Assembly: GCA_034189385.1 (NCBI GenBank)
Contig: JAXHVD010000004.1
Location: 32,001-96,000 of the forward strand
Source: Thermodesulfobacteriota bacterium
GTDB taxonomy: Bacteria; Desulfobacterota; Desulfobacteria; Desulfobacterales; C00003060
Reading direction: 5' to 3'
Length of the DNA: 64,000 nt
The notes beneath the pieces were generated by a model. The model did not search any database. It was not told the DNA's origin and was given only the letters and a program-made list of their open reading frames with translations. Positions 8,331-19,157 of this stretch are shown here, piece after piece (positions within the stretch are counted from its first letter, which is position 1; every line of letters starts with the position of its first letter). Position numbers and translations under genes: made by a program.

Positions 8331-10095
8331 CACCGTTCCTCCAGCATTCATATTTATCATCGGGGGCTTGCTGGTTCCCTTCATCAAGGGTAGGTGGAAG
8401 AGTGCCTATTTGCTGCTCATCCCTGTCATCGGGTTCATCAACCTGATCAGCATCCCTGAAGGGACCCACTGGGTTGTGAGGTTCCTTGATTGGGAGCTCG
8501 TTTTTGGCAAGATAGACAGACTGAGCCTCCTTTTTGGTTACATTTTCCATCTCATATCCTTTATAGCCCTTCTTTATGCCCTTCACGTAAAAGATGACCT
8601 CCAGCATGTGGCAGGGCTTGTTTACGCCGGTAGCGCCCTAGGGGTTGTCTTTGCAGGAGACATTTTTTCTTTCTTTGTCTTCTGGGAGATGCTCACCGTC
8701 AGCTCTATATTCTTGATCTGGGCCCGCAGGACAAGGGCAGCGCAAGCAGCAGGATTCCGTTATCTTCTCGTTCATGCCGCCGGAGGCCTCTGCCTTCTGG
8801 CAGGGATTGTTCTCTATGTGAATCAAACAGGGTCCCTTGAATTCGGGTATATAGGATTGAACGGATTGGCCACTTACCTTATATTTTTTGGTTTTGGCCT
8901 GAATTGCGCGTGGCCCATACTTCATCCGTGGCTCACGGACGCCTATCCCGAGGCAACGATTACCGGGGTCATATTTATGAGCGCCTTTACCACAAAGTGT
9001 GCGGTCTATGCCCTGGCAAGGGCCTTCCCGGGCACAGAGGCCTTGATATGGATCGGGGCGATCATGACCGGATTCCCTATATTCTATGCCGTCATTGAGA
9101 ATGACCTCAGGAGAGTGCTTGCCTACAGCCTGATCAACCAAGTCGGATTCATGGTGTGCGGCATCGGCATCGGGACGGCTCTGGCCATCAATGGCGCCGT
9201 GGCCCATGTCTTTAATGATGTTCTCTTCAAGGCCCTCCTTTTCATGTCCATGGGCGCAGTCATGTATCGCACAGGAAAAATCAATGGCACGGCCCTGGGG
9301 GGCTTGTACAGGACCATGCCGTTTACCTGTATATGCTGCATGGTAGGGGCTGCGTCCATCTCTGCCTTCCCCCTTTTTAGTGGTTTTGTCAGCAAGTCCA
9401 TGGTGATGGACGCGGCGGCCGGGGGGCATATGAGGATCATATGGTTTATTCTGCTCTTTGCCTCAGCCGGTGTATTCCACCATGCAGGCATCAAGATCCC
9501 CTTTTTCGCATTTTTCGGCCACGACTCTGGTATGAGGCCAAAGGAGGCACCCCTGAATATGCTCCTTGCCATGGGCATTGCCGCTTTCCTATGTATCTTC
9601 ATCGGCTCATTCCCCGGACCCCTGTATAGCCTCCTCCCATACCCTGTTGATTATGTGCCGTACACAGCGCCCCACGTGGTGGGTCAAACCCAGCTCCTCT
9701 TCTTTTCTGCCTTGGCCTTCTCGCTTCTGCTACTCTCCGGCATTTATCCGGGCGAGCAAAGGTGTGTCAACCTTGATTCTGATTGGTTTTACCGCAAGGG
9801 AGGGCGCCTTTTTTACTATGTCATCGATAAAGTTTTTAACAGTCTAACCAGGGCCTCAGAAAGAACCTTTGTTGGGGGGGTGGCCGGATATCTTGGCCGT
9901 GTCTCTAGAGACGGTCCCACCAGAGTGGCACTGTTAGGCTTGGTCCCTGCGTGGATGATAGGCGGCAAAACGGGGGGAAAACTGGAACTTAAGAAAATCA
10001 GCCTTCGTGGAGCTTTGCAGACAGGCACCTTGCCCGTCGGAATCAGTGCAGCAGTAGCCACTGTTTTTCTGATAGTCGTTTTTCTCTTAATGTAA
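8323..10095 (+). CDS. Na+/H+ antiporter subunit D-like protein (copy 3)
   Basis: FWEML, HPWLTDAYPEA, RRVLAYS, GFVSK. Confidence 0.9.
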   Translation: MISTVPPAFIFIIGGLLVPFIKGRWKSAYLLLIPVIGFINLISIPEGTHWVVRFLDWELVFGKIDRLSLLFGYIFHLISFIALLYALHVKDDLQHVAGLVYAGSALGVVFAGDIFSFFVFWEMLTVSSIFLIWARRTRAAQAAGFRYLLVHAAGGLCLLAGIVLYVNQTGSLEFGYIGLNGLATYLIFFGFGLNCAWPILHPWLTDAYPEATITGVIFMSAFTTKCAVYALARAFPGTEALIWIGAIMTGFPIFYAVIENDLRRVLAYSLINQVGFMVCGIGIGTALAINGAVAHVFNDVLFKALLFMSMGAVMYRTGKINGTALGGLYRTMPFTCICCMVGAASISAFPLFSGFVSKSMVMDAAAGGHMRIIWFILLFASAGVFHHAGIKIPFFAFFGHDSGMRPKEAPLNMLLAMGIAAFLCIFIGSFPGPLYSLLPYPVDYVPYTAPHVVGQTQLLFFSALAFSLLLLSGIYPGEQRCVNLDSDWFYRKGGRLFYYVIDKVFNSLTRASERTFVGGVAGYLGRVSRDGPTRVALLGLVPAWMIGGKTGGKLELKKISLRGALQTGTLPVGISAAVATVFLIVVFLLM

Positions 10096-10142
10096 TGTGA
10101 ACTTTAAGGGATGCCAAGCTTCAGTGCTGAGAGGAGAGATAT

Positions 10143-10637
10143 ATGGCTTTGACAGAAGATTTGAGAAAGGTCGCGCTCTTTGAGGACTTGACGGGCCAGA
10201 TGCTTGAACAGTTGGTTCCTATGGTGGAAGCAAAGTCATATGCGGAAAGAGAGATCATTTTTGAGGCAGGCGATAAGGCCGACTGTTTTTATGCGCTCAA
10301 AAGAGGAAAGGTGTTGCTTGAAGCAGAACTTGCTCCAGCTTTCATTATTTCCCTTGGTGCCATAAAGCCAGGATACTCTTTTGGCTGGTCTGCGCTGCTT
10401 CCAGTCGCATCTCATACCTCCTATGCTGTTTCTGCGGAACCATCCGAAATCTTCATCCTACCTGGAGACAAGCTTACGGCCCTGCTCGACCGCGATCACA
10501 CCATGGGATATCTGGTGATGCAAAAGGCGACAACTATCCTTGAGAACCGCTTGGAACGCCGGACGGCTCAGTTTCTCAAGGTCATAACCAGACATCCCGA
10601 GATAGGGACGCTCCTCGGCCTGGAAACTGCCACGTAG
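10143..10637 (+). CDS. cyclic nucleotide-binding (cNMP/Crp-like sensor) domain protein without HTH
   Basis: LFEDL..., IIFEAGDKADCFY...GKV, FGWSAL. Confidence 0.85.
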   Translation: MALTEDLRKVALFEDLTGQMLEQLVPMVEAKSYAEREIIFEAGDKADCFYALKRGKVLLEAELAPAFIISLGAIKPGYSFGWSALLPVASHTSYAVSAEPSEIFILPGDKLTALLDRDHTMGYLVMQKATTILENRLERRTAQFLKVITRHPEIGTLLGLETAT

Positions 10638-10879
10638 GGGCCTGGCCAGGACCATCTTGGGCACGCGGCTCAAGGGCCTGTTGAAGTAAAGCTTGTTCCA
10701 TTGCCCCACACTTAGCTTCATCCTTAACGGGACCGGAACAAGAGGCAGCCTGCTGTCTGGAAAAGGTATTTGCCAAGGCAAAACAGCCGGGCTGTGGGGC
10801 TGTTTCCCTGTGAGACGGCCTAAGCATGACGTCAATAACGGCAGCCCCCTGATTCTGTGACCCCCTGAGATTCCATTAC

Positions 10880-12322
10880 GTGGGGAGATGTTCATTGAAT
10901 AGACAATCTCAATACGCTAGTAAAGGGCCGAGTCTCTGTTTAATTGCCGTTGTTATGGTGATTCTCCTTGGTAGCTTCATCCTCTTGGAGGTCCAGTCAG
11001 TCAGGCAAATGGAAACAATGACGACCATCAGAGAACTGAAAGGTTTCCTCGACGCTTCATATTTCAAGCGCCTTGCCCTACGGAGCCTCTTGGCAGCCAC
11101 AGTGGTCGTCGTACTTGTTTTCTTCATTGCAAGGGAAAGGGCCCGATTTCGAGGTCTGGAACAGGAGGTAAAAGCCACAACCACGAACCTGGCACGCTAT
11201 GCCAAAAGACTCAAGCGCTCTGAGGAAAAACATCGCTCCCTTGTTGAACTGGCAGATGACATCATCTACACTGCCGATCAGTATGGAAATATTCTGTCAA
11301 TCAATCGATGCTTTTCCGGCCTTATTGGGCAACCTCCTGCAGAGGTGATCGGAAAGAATATCACGGATGTTGTCAAACATGAGTCCTCCCTGGACGTTAC
11401 GGCAGTCATCGAAAGGATGTTACGGCAATCCGAGACAGTGGTTCAAGAAGAACATGTGACCATAGGAACGAGAGGTTATTGGCTCCATACAAAATATCAG
11501 ACAGTGGGATCTGATCCAGACGTAGCACCATTGGTTCTTGTGATTTCTCGTGATATTACAGAACACAAACGAATGCAGCAACAGCTTTTTCAGACGGAAA
11601 AGCTCGCATCCCTGGGGGCTTTATCTGCCGGTGTGGCCCATGAAATTAATAACCCCATTGCGGTTATTCTGGGTTTTGCGGAATTACTACTAGATAAGCT
11701 TCCTGAGGGGTTCAAAGAACGCGGAATTTATGAAGCCATTCAAAGGCAAGGGAACAACTGCAAACGGGTGGTTGAAAACCTTCTCGCTTTTTCCCGGATT
11801 CCCGAACAGAAGACATCAGAGACAGACATGATCCAAGACCTTCAAAGGGTAGTCGACCTGGTCAGGAACACCTTGCTCACCGAGAAGGTAGACCTCAGAA
11901 GGGATATAGAAAAGAATCTACCTAAGGTGAGAGCCGACGGCCAGCAGCTGCAACAGGCATTTCTCAATATCATCAACAATGCCGTGGCCGCCATGGAGGA
12001 CGGAGGGACATTGACCATCTCAGCATTTCGGTCCAATGACACAGTTAGTATTGCCTTTGCGGACACGGGCGAGGGTATATTGCCGGAAAACAGGGACAAG
12101 GTTTTTGAACCGTTTTTCACGACCAGAGAGGTTGGAGAAGGAACAGGGTTGGGTTTGTCTGTCAGTTACGGCATCGTGAAGATGTTTGGGGGAAATATTT
12201 CAGTCAGGAGCCAAACCAGAGCGGAAGGCAAAGAACCGGGAACCACATTCACGGTAGTGCTCCCTGTGGCAGATGGTGGCAAGATTGCTCCAAAAGGGGA
12301 AGGAGATGAGCGCGGTCACTGA
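10880..12322 (+). CDS. membrane PAS sensor histidine kinase
   Basis: 2 TM helices, [38 protein letters not shown]; start uncertain. Confidence 0.9.
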   Translation: MGRCSLNRQSQYASKGPSLCLIAVVMVILLGSFILLEVQSVRQMETMTTIRELKGFLDASYFKRLALRSLLAATVVVVLVFFIARERARFRGLEQEVKATTTNLARYAKRLKRSEEKHRSLVELADDIIYTADQYGNILSINRCFSGLIGQPPAEVIGKNITDVVKHESSLDVTAVIERMLRQSETVVQEEHVTIGTRGYWLHTKYQTVGSDPDVAPLVLVISRDITEHKRMQQQLFQTEKLASLGALSAGVAHEINNPIAVILGFAELLLDKLPEGFKERGIYEAIQRQGNNCKRVVENLLAFSRIPEQKTSETDMIQDLQRVVDLVRNTLLTEKVDLRRDIEKNLPKVRADGQQLQQAFLNIINNAVAAMEDGGTLTISAFRSNDTVSIAFADTGEGILPENRDKVFEPFFTTREVGEGTGLGLSVSYGIVKMFGGNISVRSQTRAEGKEPGTTFTVVLPVADGGKIAPKGEGDERGH

Positions 12323-12593
12323 TTGCAGGCAACGGGCCCAGCGGGTGATGAGTGAAGACGCTTTTCTGTATTGACGGTCGGGAAAGGCCCTTTGACGGCC
12401 GTCTGCTTGGCAGCCAGGCTCCTTTGCGCCAAACATGATGAAGCCACCCAAAAAGCTGCGCCCATGGTAAGAGATGAGAGTTTGCCGCCATTTGCTTTAA
12501 GGATTTTAGGAAAGGGCTTTTTGTGCTATATATTTGTGCGGGTGATCATTGAGTCATAGGGTTGTTGGCATGAACATAGAAAGGAGGGGAAGG

Positions 12594-13025
12594 ATGGCTA
12601 AGAAAATACTTATCGTGGACGACGAGCCCGATATCGTTACCTTTCTGGGTGCGATTCTCGAAGAAAATGGCTATGCAAGCGTGAGCGCCAAAGACGGCGT
12701 TGAGGGACTAGAGGTGCTGTATAGGGAACATCCAGACCTGGTGCTTCTGGACCTGATGATGCCAAAAAAGAGCGGGATTAGCATGTTTCAGGAGTTGAGA
12801 AAGGACCCGAAGATGAGCCAGACTCCAGTAGTAGTGGTGACTGGTGTCTCTGAGGTGACAGGTGTCGATTTCAGAAATTTCATGTACAAGCAACCGCTGA
12901 AGGATGAGAAGAAATTCGTCGAGAGCACTGGATTAACGAAATACACCATACCCGATGGTTACGTGGAAAAACCCATCGATCCAGACGAATTGATCAAGGT
13001 CGTTAAGAAGGCTTTGGAAGAATAG
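12594..13025 (+). CDS. stand-alone response regulator
   Basis: KILIVDDEPD, LLDLMMP, VVTG, EKP; AGGAGG RBS. Confidence 0.92.
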   Translation: MAKKILIVDDEPDIVTFLGAILEENGYASVSAKDGVEGLEVLYREHPDLVLLDLMMPKKSGISMFQELRKDPKMSQTPVVVVTGVSEVTGVDFRNFMYKQPLKDEKKFVESTGLTKYTIPDGYVEKPIDPDELIKVVKKALEE

Positions 13026-13450
13026 AATCTGGCACCGCTCAAAAAAGGGATGGCTGGCACTGGAAAAGAGAGGTCTCGGCATGCACGTCTTGCCCGCAGG
13101 CGGGGATGCTGCTCCTTTTTCCCTCGGCTAGATCAAAGAAGCATCCAGCCCTCTAGAGTGATCACAAGTCCCTGTCCTGGCAAGACCGATTTCCCCTCAA
13201 AACTGACAAGGGTGTGGTGGAGAAGCTCGACCTGTTGGGTTCTCAACGGGGGAGGGCTTCGTCTTCTGGCATGTCTGTTTGACCGCCCCCCCGGTTCTTG
13301 GTAGGACATAATGAAAGTGGGGAAATGATGGCTTTGCAGGGGCTGTGCGCAGACCGTTTGAAAGTGAGGAATGGTTCCAGGTACCCGTGAGGGAACTTGA
13401 GCGCCAATTCTCAGAGATTTCCTCCTTCGCTTTAGCACAAAGGACTTAGA

Positions 13451-16093
13451 ATGGTGAAAGAGAAAATCAAATGCTGGGAGTTTTTCCATTGCAACGAGGT
13501 GGACTGCCCAGTTTTTAAAGCAAAGGAGGTGATGTGTTGGCTCATCTCCGGAACCCATTGTCGAAATGAGATCCAGGGCAAGTTTCTGGAGAAAATGGAG
13601 ATGTGCCTCGAATGCGAGGCCTTTAAGGCAAACATAGATGTGGATTCGATGGAAGCGACCCTAAAGGTGCTCAATGGGCAGCTTAGAAAATTCAGAAAAA
13701 TGGTGGAGGAGCGCGATAGAGAGTTACAGGGCATCAGTCTGGAGTTGGCCTTGGGTTTGTCGGAAGTCTTTGATGCGTTGAAGGAGATTTCCTCAGGAGA
13801 CCCTTTGGTGAGGATACCCGAGACCTCAGAACTCGAGTTGATCTCTAAGTTGAAACACCTGGTGAACCTGACGGCAGAAAACCTTGGAGAAATCGTTGAT
13901 CTTTCTCATGAATTCGCCATAGGTCTTGCTGAGCACTTCAATGTGCTGCACCGGGTCTCAAAAGGGGACCTGACCGCCCGGGTGGCTGGGACTTCCCAAT
14001 TGGAACTCTTGGAATCCCTGAAGGAGGTCACCAACGATACCATCGGTAGTGTGTTCACGGCTATCTCCGAGTGCAAGATTGCACAGGAAGAGTTGCTAGA
14101 GAGCCAGGAGAGATATCGGACGGTTCTGGAGGCCTGTCCGGACCCACTGGTTGTTTATGATATGGAGGGTAAGGTTATCTATATCAATCCGGCATTCACC
14201 TGGATCTTCGGATGGACCCCAGAAGAACTTTTGGGGACAAAAATTGACTATGTTCCAGATGAGAACTGGCCGGAGACCCAAATGATGATCGACAAGGTTC
14301 TGGCAGGGGAAAGTTTCTCCGGGGTTGAAAGCCGTCGATATAACAAAGAAAGAAACATCCTCAACGTCAGTATAAGCGCAACGATCTACCTAAATCGTGA
14401 GAGAGTTCCATGGGGAAGTGTCCATATCCTGCGAGACATTACCGACCAGAAGCGGGCTGAAGCAGCGCTTTTGGAATCAGAGGACAAGTACAAGACCCTT
14501 GTTGAAAACTCCCTGACGGGCATCTTCATCCACCAAGAGGGAAGGTATGTGTTTGTCACTGACAGATTTGCAAGCATGCATGGTTATACACAGGAGGAAT
14601 TGCTGGGAAAGGAATACTTGTCGCTAATTCATCCCGACGACAGGGAAGCCCTTGCCCAGACCGTATCGGCGAGGCTGGAGGGAGAAGTGGTTCCTCAACA
14701 CTACGAGGTTCGGAGACTCAAAAAGGGCGGAAAGACCGTCTGGTGCGAAATGATAGCAACCCGCATCGACTATGGGGGCAGGCCTGCTATCATGGGAAAC
14801 ATTATAGACATTACTGAGCGGAAACAGGCAGAGCAGGCCCTGCGAGAGGCTCGCAACGGATTGGAGCTGCGCGTGAAGGAGCGCACGGCGGAATTGACCA
14901 AAGCAAACGAACAACTAAAACACGAAATAGAAGAGCGGAAGCGGGCTGAGCAAGAAGTAAAGTTGAGCGAGGAAAAATATCGTCTTCTGTTTAGTAAGGA
15001 CCCCAATTCTCTCTTCTTGGTTGACGGCGATTCTGGCAACATCCTAGATGTGAACAATGCAGCCACCTTGACATACCAATATGCGCGCGAGGAACTGATG
15101 CAGATGTCCTTTCTGGATTTGTTCGATGCCGACGAAGCCCGAGAGATCCAGAACGAACTGCAAGACTATCACAAGGATGTGTACGTCTTCATACCCAGGA
15201 CATCGGCAAAAAAAAAGGACGGGCGTCATTTCTTTATTCATCTCCACGCCGGTGCAGTCCAGTTTGAAAAACAGGGGACAGAAGAACTGGGGCGGGCCTT
15301 GATTATCAGGACTGTGGATATTACCCGGCGGCTTGAACAGGAGGCTATGCTCGCCCAAGCCGGCAAAATGGCAACGCTTGGCGAGATGGCAACAGGTGTT
15401 GCCCATGAACTGAATCAGCCATTAAATGTCATACAGGTAGGGACCGATTTCCTGACCAAAACGATCAATAGAGGTCGAAAGTTTTCTCACGACGAGCTTT
15501 TGAAGGTGAGCCGGAACATCAGTGAACAGGTAGAGCGGGCCACGAACATCGTCGACCACCTTCGGGAGTTTGGCCGCAAGAGCGACCTGGAGGTCTACCC
15601 TGTGGACGTGAATGAGCCTATCCGAAGTGTGTTTACGCTCTTAGGCCAGCAGCTGAACTTACGAAACATCGTGGTTGATCTCAAGCTGGCCCCCAACCTG
15701 TCCAAAATCTTGGCCGACAAGAACCGGCTGGAGCAAATCTTTCTGAACCTGGTCACCAATGCCAGAGATGCCATGGAGGCGAAGGGGCCTGGGGCTGTCA
15801 AAAAGCTCACCATTGCCACCTACCAGGAAGGAAGAAGGGTGGCGGCTACGGTCTCGGACACAGGCAAAGGGATGGAAAAAGGGATTCTGAAAAAGATATT
15901 TGATCCCTTTTTTACCACCAAAAAGGCGGGTAAAGGGACTGGCCTGGGGCTGTCCATCAGCTACAACCTGGTGAAGGACTTCAGGGGACACATAGACGTG
16001 GAATCGACTCCTGATGTAGGCACCACCTTTACGGTTAGTTTCCCGGTGTATGATGAACAAGGAGATCATAGTGATGAAGCTACTCGTTATTGA
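13451..16093 (+). CDS. cytoplasmic histidine kinase: N-terminal Cys-rich 'two-CW' domain, HAMP-like helices, 3 PAS
   Basis: [22 protein letters not shown]; three PAS/PAC units; [15 protein letters not shown]. Confidence 0.9.
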   Translation: MVKEKIKCWEFFHCNEVDCPVFKAKEVMCWLISGTHCRNEIQGKFLEKMEMCLECEAFKANIDVDSMEATLKVLNGQLRKFRKMVEERDRELQGISLELALGLSEVFDALKEISSGDPLVRIPETSELELISKLKHLVNLTAENLGEIVDLSHEFAIGLAEHFNVLHRVSKGDLTARVAGTSQLELLESLKEVTNDTIGSVFTAISECKIAQEELLESQERYRTVLEACPDPLVVYDMEGKVIYINPAFTWIFGWTPEELLGTKIDYVPDENWPETQMMIDKVLAGESFSGVESRRYNKERNILNVSISATIYLNRERVPWGSVHILRDITDQKRAEAALLESEDKYKTLVENSLTGIFIHQEGRYVFVTDRFASMHGYTQEELLGKEYLSLIHPDDREALAQTVSARLEGEVVPQHYEVRRLKKGGKTVWCEMIATRIDYGGRPAIMGNIIDITERKQAEQALREARNGLELRVKERTAELTKANEQLKHEIEERKRAEQEVKLSEEKYRLLFSKDPNSLFLVDGDSGNILDVNNAATLTYQYAREELMQMSFLDLFDADEAREIQNELQDYHKDVYVFIPRTSAKKKDGRHFFIHLHAGAVQFEKQGTEELGRALIIRTVDITRRLEQEAMLAQAGKMATLGEMATGVAHELNQPLNVIQVGTDFLTKTINRGRKFSHDELLKVSRNISEQVERATNIVDHLREFGRKSDLEVYPVDVNEPIRSVFTLLGQQLNLRNIVVDLKLAPNLSKILADKNRLEQIFLNLVTNARDAMEAKGPGAVKKLTIATYQEGRRVAATVSDTGKGMEKGILKKIFDPFFTTKKAGKGTGLGLSISYNLVKDFRGHIDVESTPDVGTTFTVSFPVYDEQGDHSDEATRY

Positions 16094-17246
16094 TGACGAG
16101 CGGTCTATCTTGGAGATGTTGGAGCTTTCGCTCTCTAAGGAAGGCTACGAGGTCTTGACTGCTGAAAATGGAGAGGAAGGCGTCAAGCGTTTTCAGGAGC
16201 AAAGGCCAAAGCTTGTTCTAACTGATGTTAAGATGCCGGGAATCGACGGGATAGAAGTACTTAAAAGGATCAAGGCTATGGACGCCGAAGCGGAGGTGAT
16301 CGTCATCACTGGCCACGGTGACATGGACACAGCCATTGCTGCCCTCCAGAACCAAGCGTCGGATTTTGTCACCAAGCCGATACGGGATGATGTCCTCATG
16401 GTTTCGCTCCAGAGAGCTGAAAAAAGGGTGGCCATGAGCGAACAGTTGAAGAATTACACCGAGAATCTGGAACGGCAAATGGAAGAGTGTAAGCTGGGCC
16501 TCATGCAGGCGCAGGCCGAATTGATCGCGACCGAGCGCCGTGCCTCCATTGGTGAAACGGTGTCAGCGTTGGCCCATTGTGTAAAAAATATCTTGACTGG
16601 ACTCGGCGGGGGCATGTACATGGTCCACGTCGGCATGGCCCGGGAGAAAGCCGGAGTGTTGGAAGACGGCTGGGCCATGTTCCAGCGAAACATGGAAAGA
16701 GTCTCGGATCTGGTCCTGGACTTGCTGAGATATTCGAGAGAAATAAGACCTGAACGACGTATATGTCGGCCTAATAGGATTGCTTCAGAGGCCATGGAAG
16801 ACCTCAGAAAAAGGGCTGAGGAGCACCATGTCATGCTACATTCAGTCTTGGACCCAGGTCTCAAAGCAGCCTACCTGGACCGAGATGGCATCTACAAGGT
16901 CTTGTCGAATCTGATCGCAAACGCCGTGGAGGCCTGCGTCTATGATACGGCTACTTCCAAGACTTGGGAGGTAACGATTAAGACCAAGCTGGAAACAGAG
17001 GCCGACTCTGAGGAGACCATCCTATTTGAAGTAACTGACAACGGATGTGGGATGACCGATGAGGTCAAGGAACAGATTTTTCACAAGTTCTTTACTACCA
17101 AGCCAGGGCAGGGCATAGGTCTTGACCTCCTTCTCGCGCAGAAGATTGTTCGCGAACATGACGGAGAGATCATGGTAGAATCAAAGGTCGGGAAGGGAAC
17201 GACCTGTTCAGTGCGACTGAACTGCCAGATACCTGAGGAACAATAA
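16074..17246 (+). CDS. hybrid receiver-histidine kinase (paralog 1)
   Basis: LLVIDDE, TDVKMP, LAHCVKN, DNGCG, FFTTK. Confidence 0.9.
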   Translation: MKLLVIDDERSILEMLELSLSKEGYEVLTAENGEEGVKRFQEQRPKLVLTDVKMPGIDGIEVLKRIKAMDAEAEVIVITGHGDMDTAIAALQNQASDFVTKPIRDDVLMVSLQRAEKRVAMSEQLKNYTENLERQMEECKLGLMQAQAELIATERRASIGETVSALAHCVKNILTGLGGGMYMVHVGMAREKAGVLEDGWAMFQRNMERVSDLVLDLLRYSREIRPERRICRPNRIASEAMEDLRKRAEEHHVMLHSVLDPGLKAAYLDRDGIYKVLSNLIANAVEACVYDTATSKTWEVTIKTKLETEADSEETILFEVTDNGCGMTDEVKEQIFHKFFTTKPGQGIGLDLLLAQKIVREHDGEIMVESKVGKGTTCSVRLNCQIPEEQ

Positions 17247-17359
17247 CCTCCGTTTCTGATCCATCTAAGGTTCGCTTCAGACAGCTTGAAAAGGGCCCCT
17301 TCGGGCTCCAACAGGTCAAAGGGCTTATCTCTTGCTGCGCCACGGACAAGGAGGGCGGT

Positions 17360-18571
17360 GTGAGCAAGTTATTAGTTATTGATGATGAACGGCCCATCCT
17401 GGACGTATTGGAGATGTCCCTGGCCGGTGAAGGATATGAGGTAATGACGGCCGAAAACGGCCAACAGGGTCTCAAGATTTTTCAAGAGTTCAGCCCCAAG
17501 CTAGTCCTCACAGACATCAAGATGCCGGGAATGGACGGGATAGAAGTGCTCAAGAGGATTAAGGTCATGGACAACGAGGCAGAGGTCATCGTCATCACCG
17601 GTCACGGCGACATGGACTCGGCCGTAGCTGCTCTGCAGCACGGAGCCTCCGACTTCATCAACAAGCCTATACGCGGAGAGGTGCTAACCCTTGCCCTTGA
17701 AAGGGCTGAGAAAAAATTGGAGATAAGTCAACGACTCAGGGACTATACGGAAAACTTGGAGCAAAAGGTAGAAGAGTGCACGATTGAACTGAGGCAGGCA
17801 CACGAGGAACTGCTCAGAAGTGAGCGTCTGGCCACCATTGGGGAGACCGTGGCGGGTCTGGCCCATTACATCAAGAATATCCTGAGCGGGCTGCGGGGAG
17901 GCTTGTACATGGTCAACACAGGGGTCGCCAAGAATAGCAGCCGGATGTTCAAAGAGGGAAGCTCCATGGTGGAGCGAAATGTCGAAAGGATATCGGACTT
18001 GGCCCTTGATCTACTGAGCTATTCCAAGGAAAGAACACCAGAGCGAACCGTATGTAAGCCCAATGAGATTGTCACAGAGGCTGTGGGAATCTTCAAGGAA
18101 AAGGCCAAGGAACACCGAGTCACGCTGGACACCGTCCTATCTCCGGGTCTGGAAGAGGCTTACCTGGACCGCGAAGGCATTCACAACGTGTTGTTGAACC
18201 TTATCTCAAATGCCATCGACGCTTGCATCTATGATGAGGACACGTCCAAGGCATGGGAGGTCACAGTCAAGACTAGTCTAGAAACGGAAAGGGACTCTGG
18301 GAAGACCCTCCTCTTTCAGGTGAGTGACAATGGATCCGGGATGACTGACGAAGTGAAGGAGAAGCTCTTCACGAAGTTTTTCAGTACTAAGTCGGGGCGG
18401 GGTACAGGCCTCGGCCTCCTCATCACCCAGAAGATCATTCATGAACACGGTGGGAAGATCTCTGTGGAGTCTGAGGCCGGGCAGGGAACGATTTTTTCGG
18501 TTCGACTCCCGACACAGATGCCAGAAGGCAAGCCGGCCTCTGGTCACAGGACCCATGAAGAGGTTGACTAG
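17360..18571 (+). CDS. hybrid receiver-histidine kinase (paralog 2)
   Basis: GTG start behind GGAGGG; LLVIDDE, TDIKMP, LAHYIKN, DNGSG, GTGLGL; collinear with the previous gene. Confidence 0.92.
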   Translation: MSKLLVIDDERPILDVLEMSLAGEGYEVMTAENGQQGLKIFQEFSPKLVLTDIKMPGMDGIEVLKRIKVMDNEAEVIVITGHGDMDSAVAALQHGASDFINKPIRGEVLTLALERAEKKLEISQRLRDYTENLEQKVEECTIELRQAHEELLRSERLATIGETVAGLAHYIKNILSGLRGGLYMVNTGVAKNSSRMFKEGSSMVERNVERISDLALDLLSYSKERTPERTVCKPNEIVTEAVGIFKEKAKEHRVTLDTVLSPGLEEAYLDREGIHNVLLNLISNAIDACIYDEDTSKAWEVTVKTSLETERDSGKTLLFQVSDNGSGMTDEVKEKLFTKFFSTKSGRGTGLGLLITQKIIHEHGGKISVESEAGQGTIFSVRLPTQMPEGKPASGHRTHEEVD

Positions 18572-19157
18572 TCTATCTGGCTCTGCAGAAATCAGTTTCC
18601 CGCCAGTTCAATAGACTAGCAGCAAAAAACATGGCGTGCGCTCCGTTCGTTTAGGCGTTTCAGACAGACCTATCCAAAACCACTATTGGTTCCCCCGACT
18701 ATGGAGTTGCCTTCAAGACGTTTTTTCAACTCCTTCACTGCAAAGATCTAGTGACGCTGGGTCTTTTTCCTTGACGACAGCCCTGCCAATGCGGCATCTG
18801 AAGGAATTGGAGTCGCAAATTTTGGCCAAGGTTGTCCTGTCACTAAAAAATCTGTCATAAGATGACTTGGGGCATGGCCATCACTTCTGGCAAAAGCATG
18901 AGAAAGCAACTGTTTTTTCTGCCTGAGCGTCCTTCAATAACCTGTGCGCTTTTTTGAAGTCGAGCCGTCAATGGCTTTTGGAGTGCTACGTTGACGATCC
19001 CCATTAGGTTTCCGCACCATCGGCCGCAGGTCATGCCGACTGTTTTGCTGGCGGCAGACAGATAGCCCTCTGTGACGGGTGAAAGATCCCTATGTTGTTT
19101 CAGAGATGTCCCTGCTCTGGATCTTTCGTGTCTTCGGGGGGACTGGGAGATTTGCCC

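Noticed and set aside
10674..10734. Imperfect inverted repeat after the cNMP gene
   Set aside because: Too many mismatches and no U tract; cannot distinguish terminator, MITE remnant or chance
18572..19157. About 580-bp gap between kinases (74-aa ORF, short hairpins)
   Set aside because: No recognisable protein, RNA motif or convincing repeat
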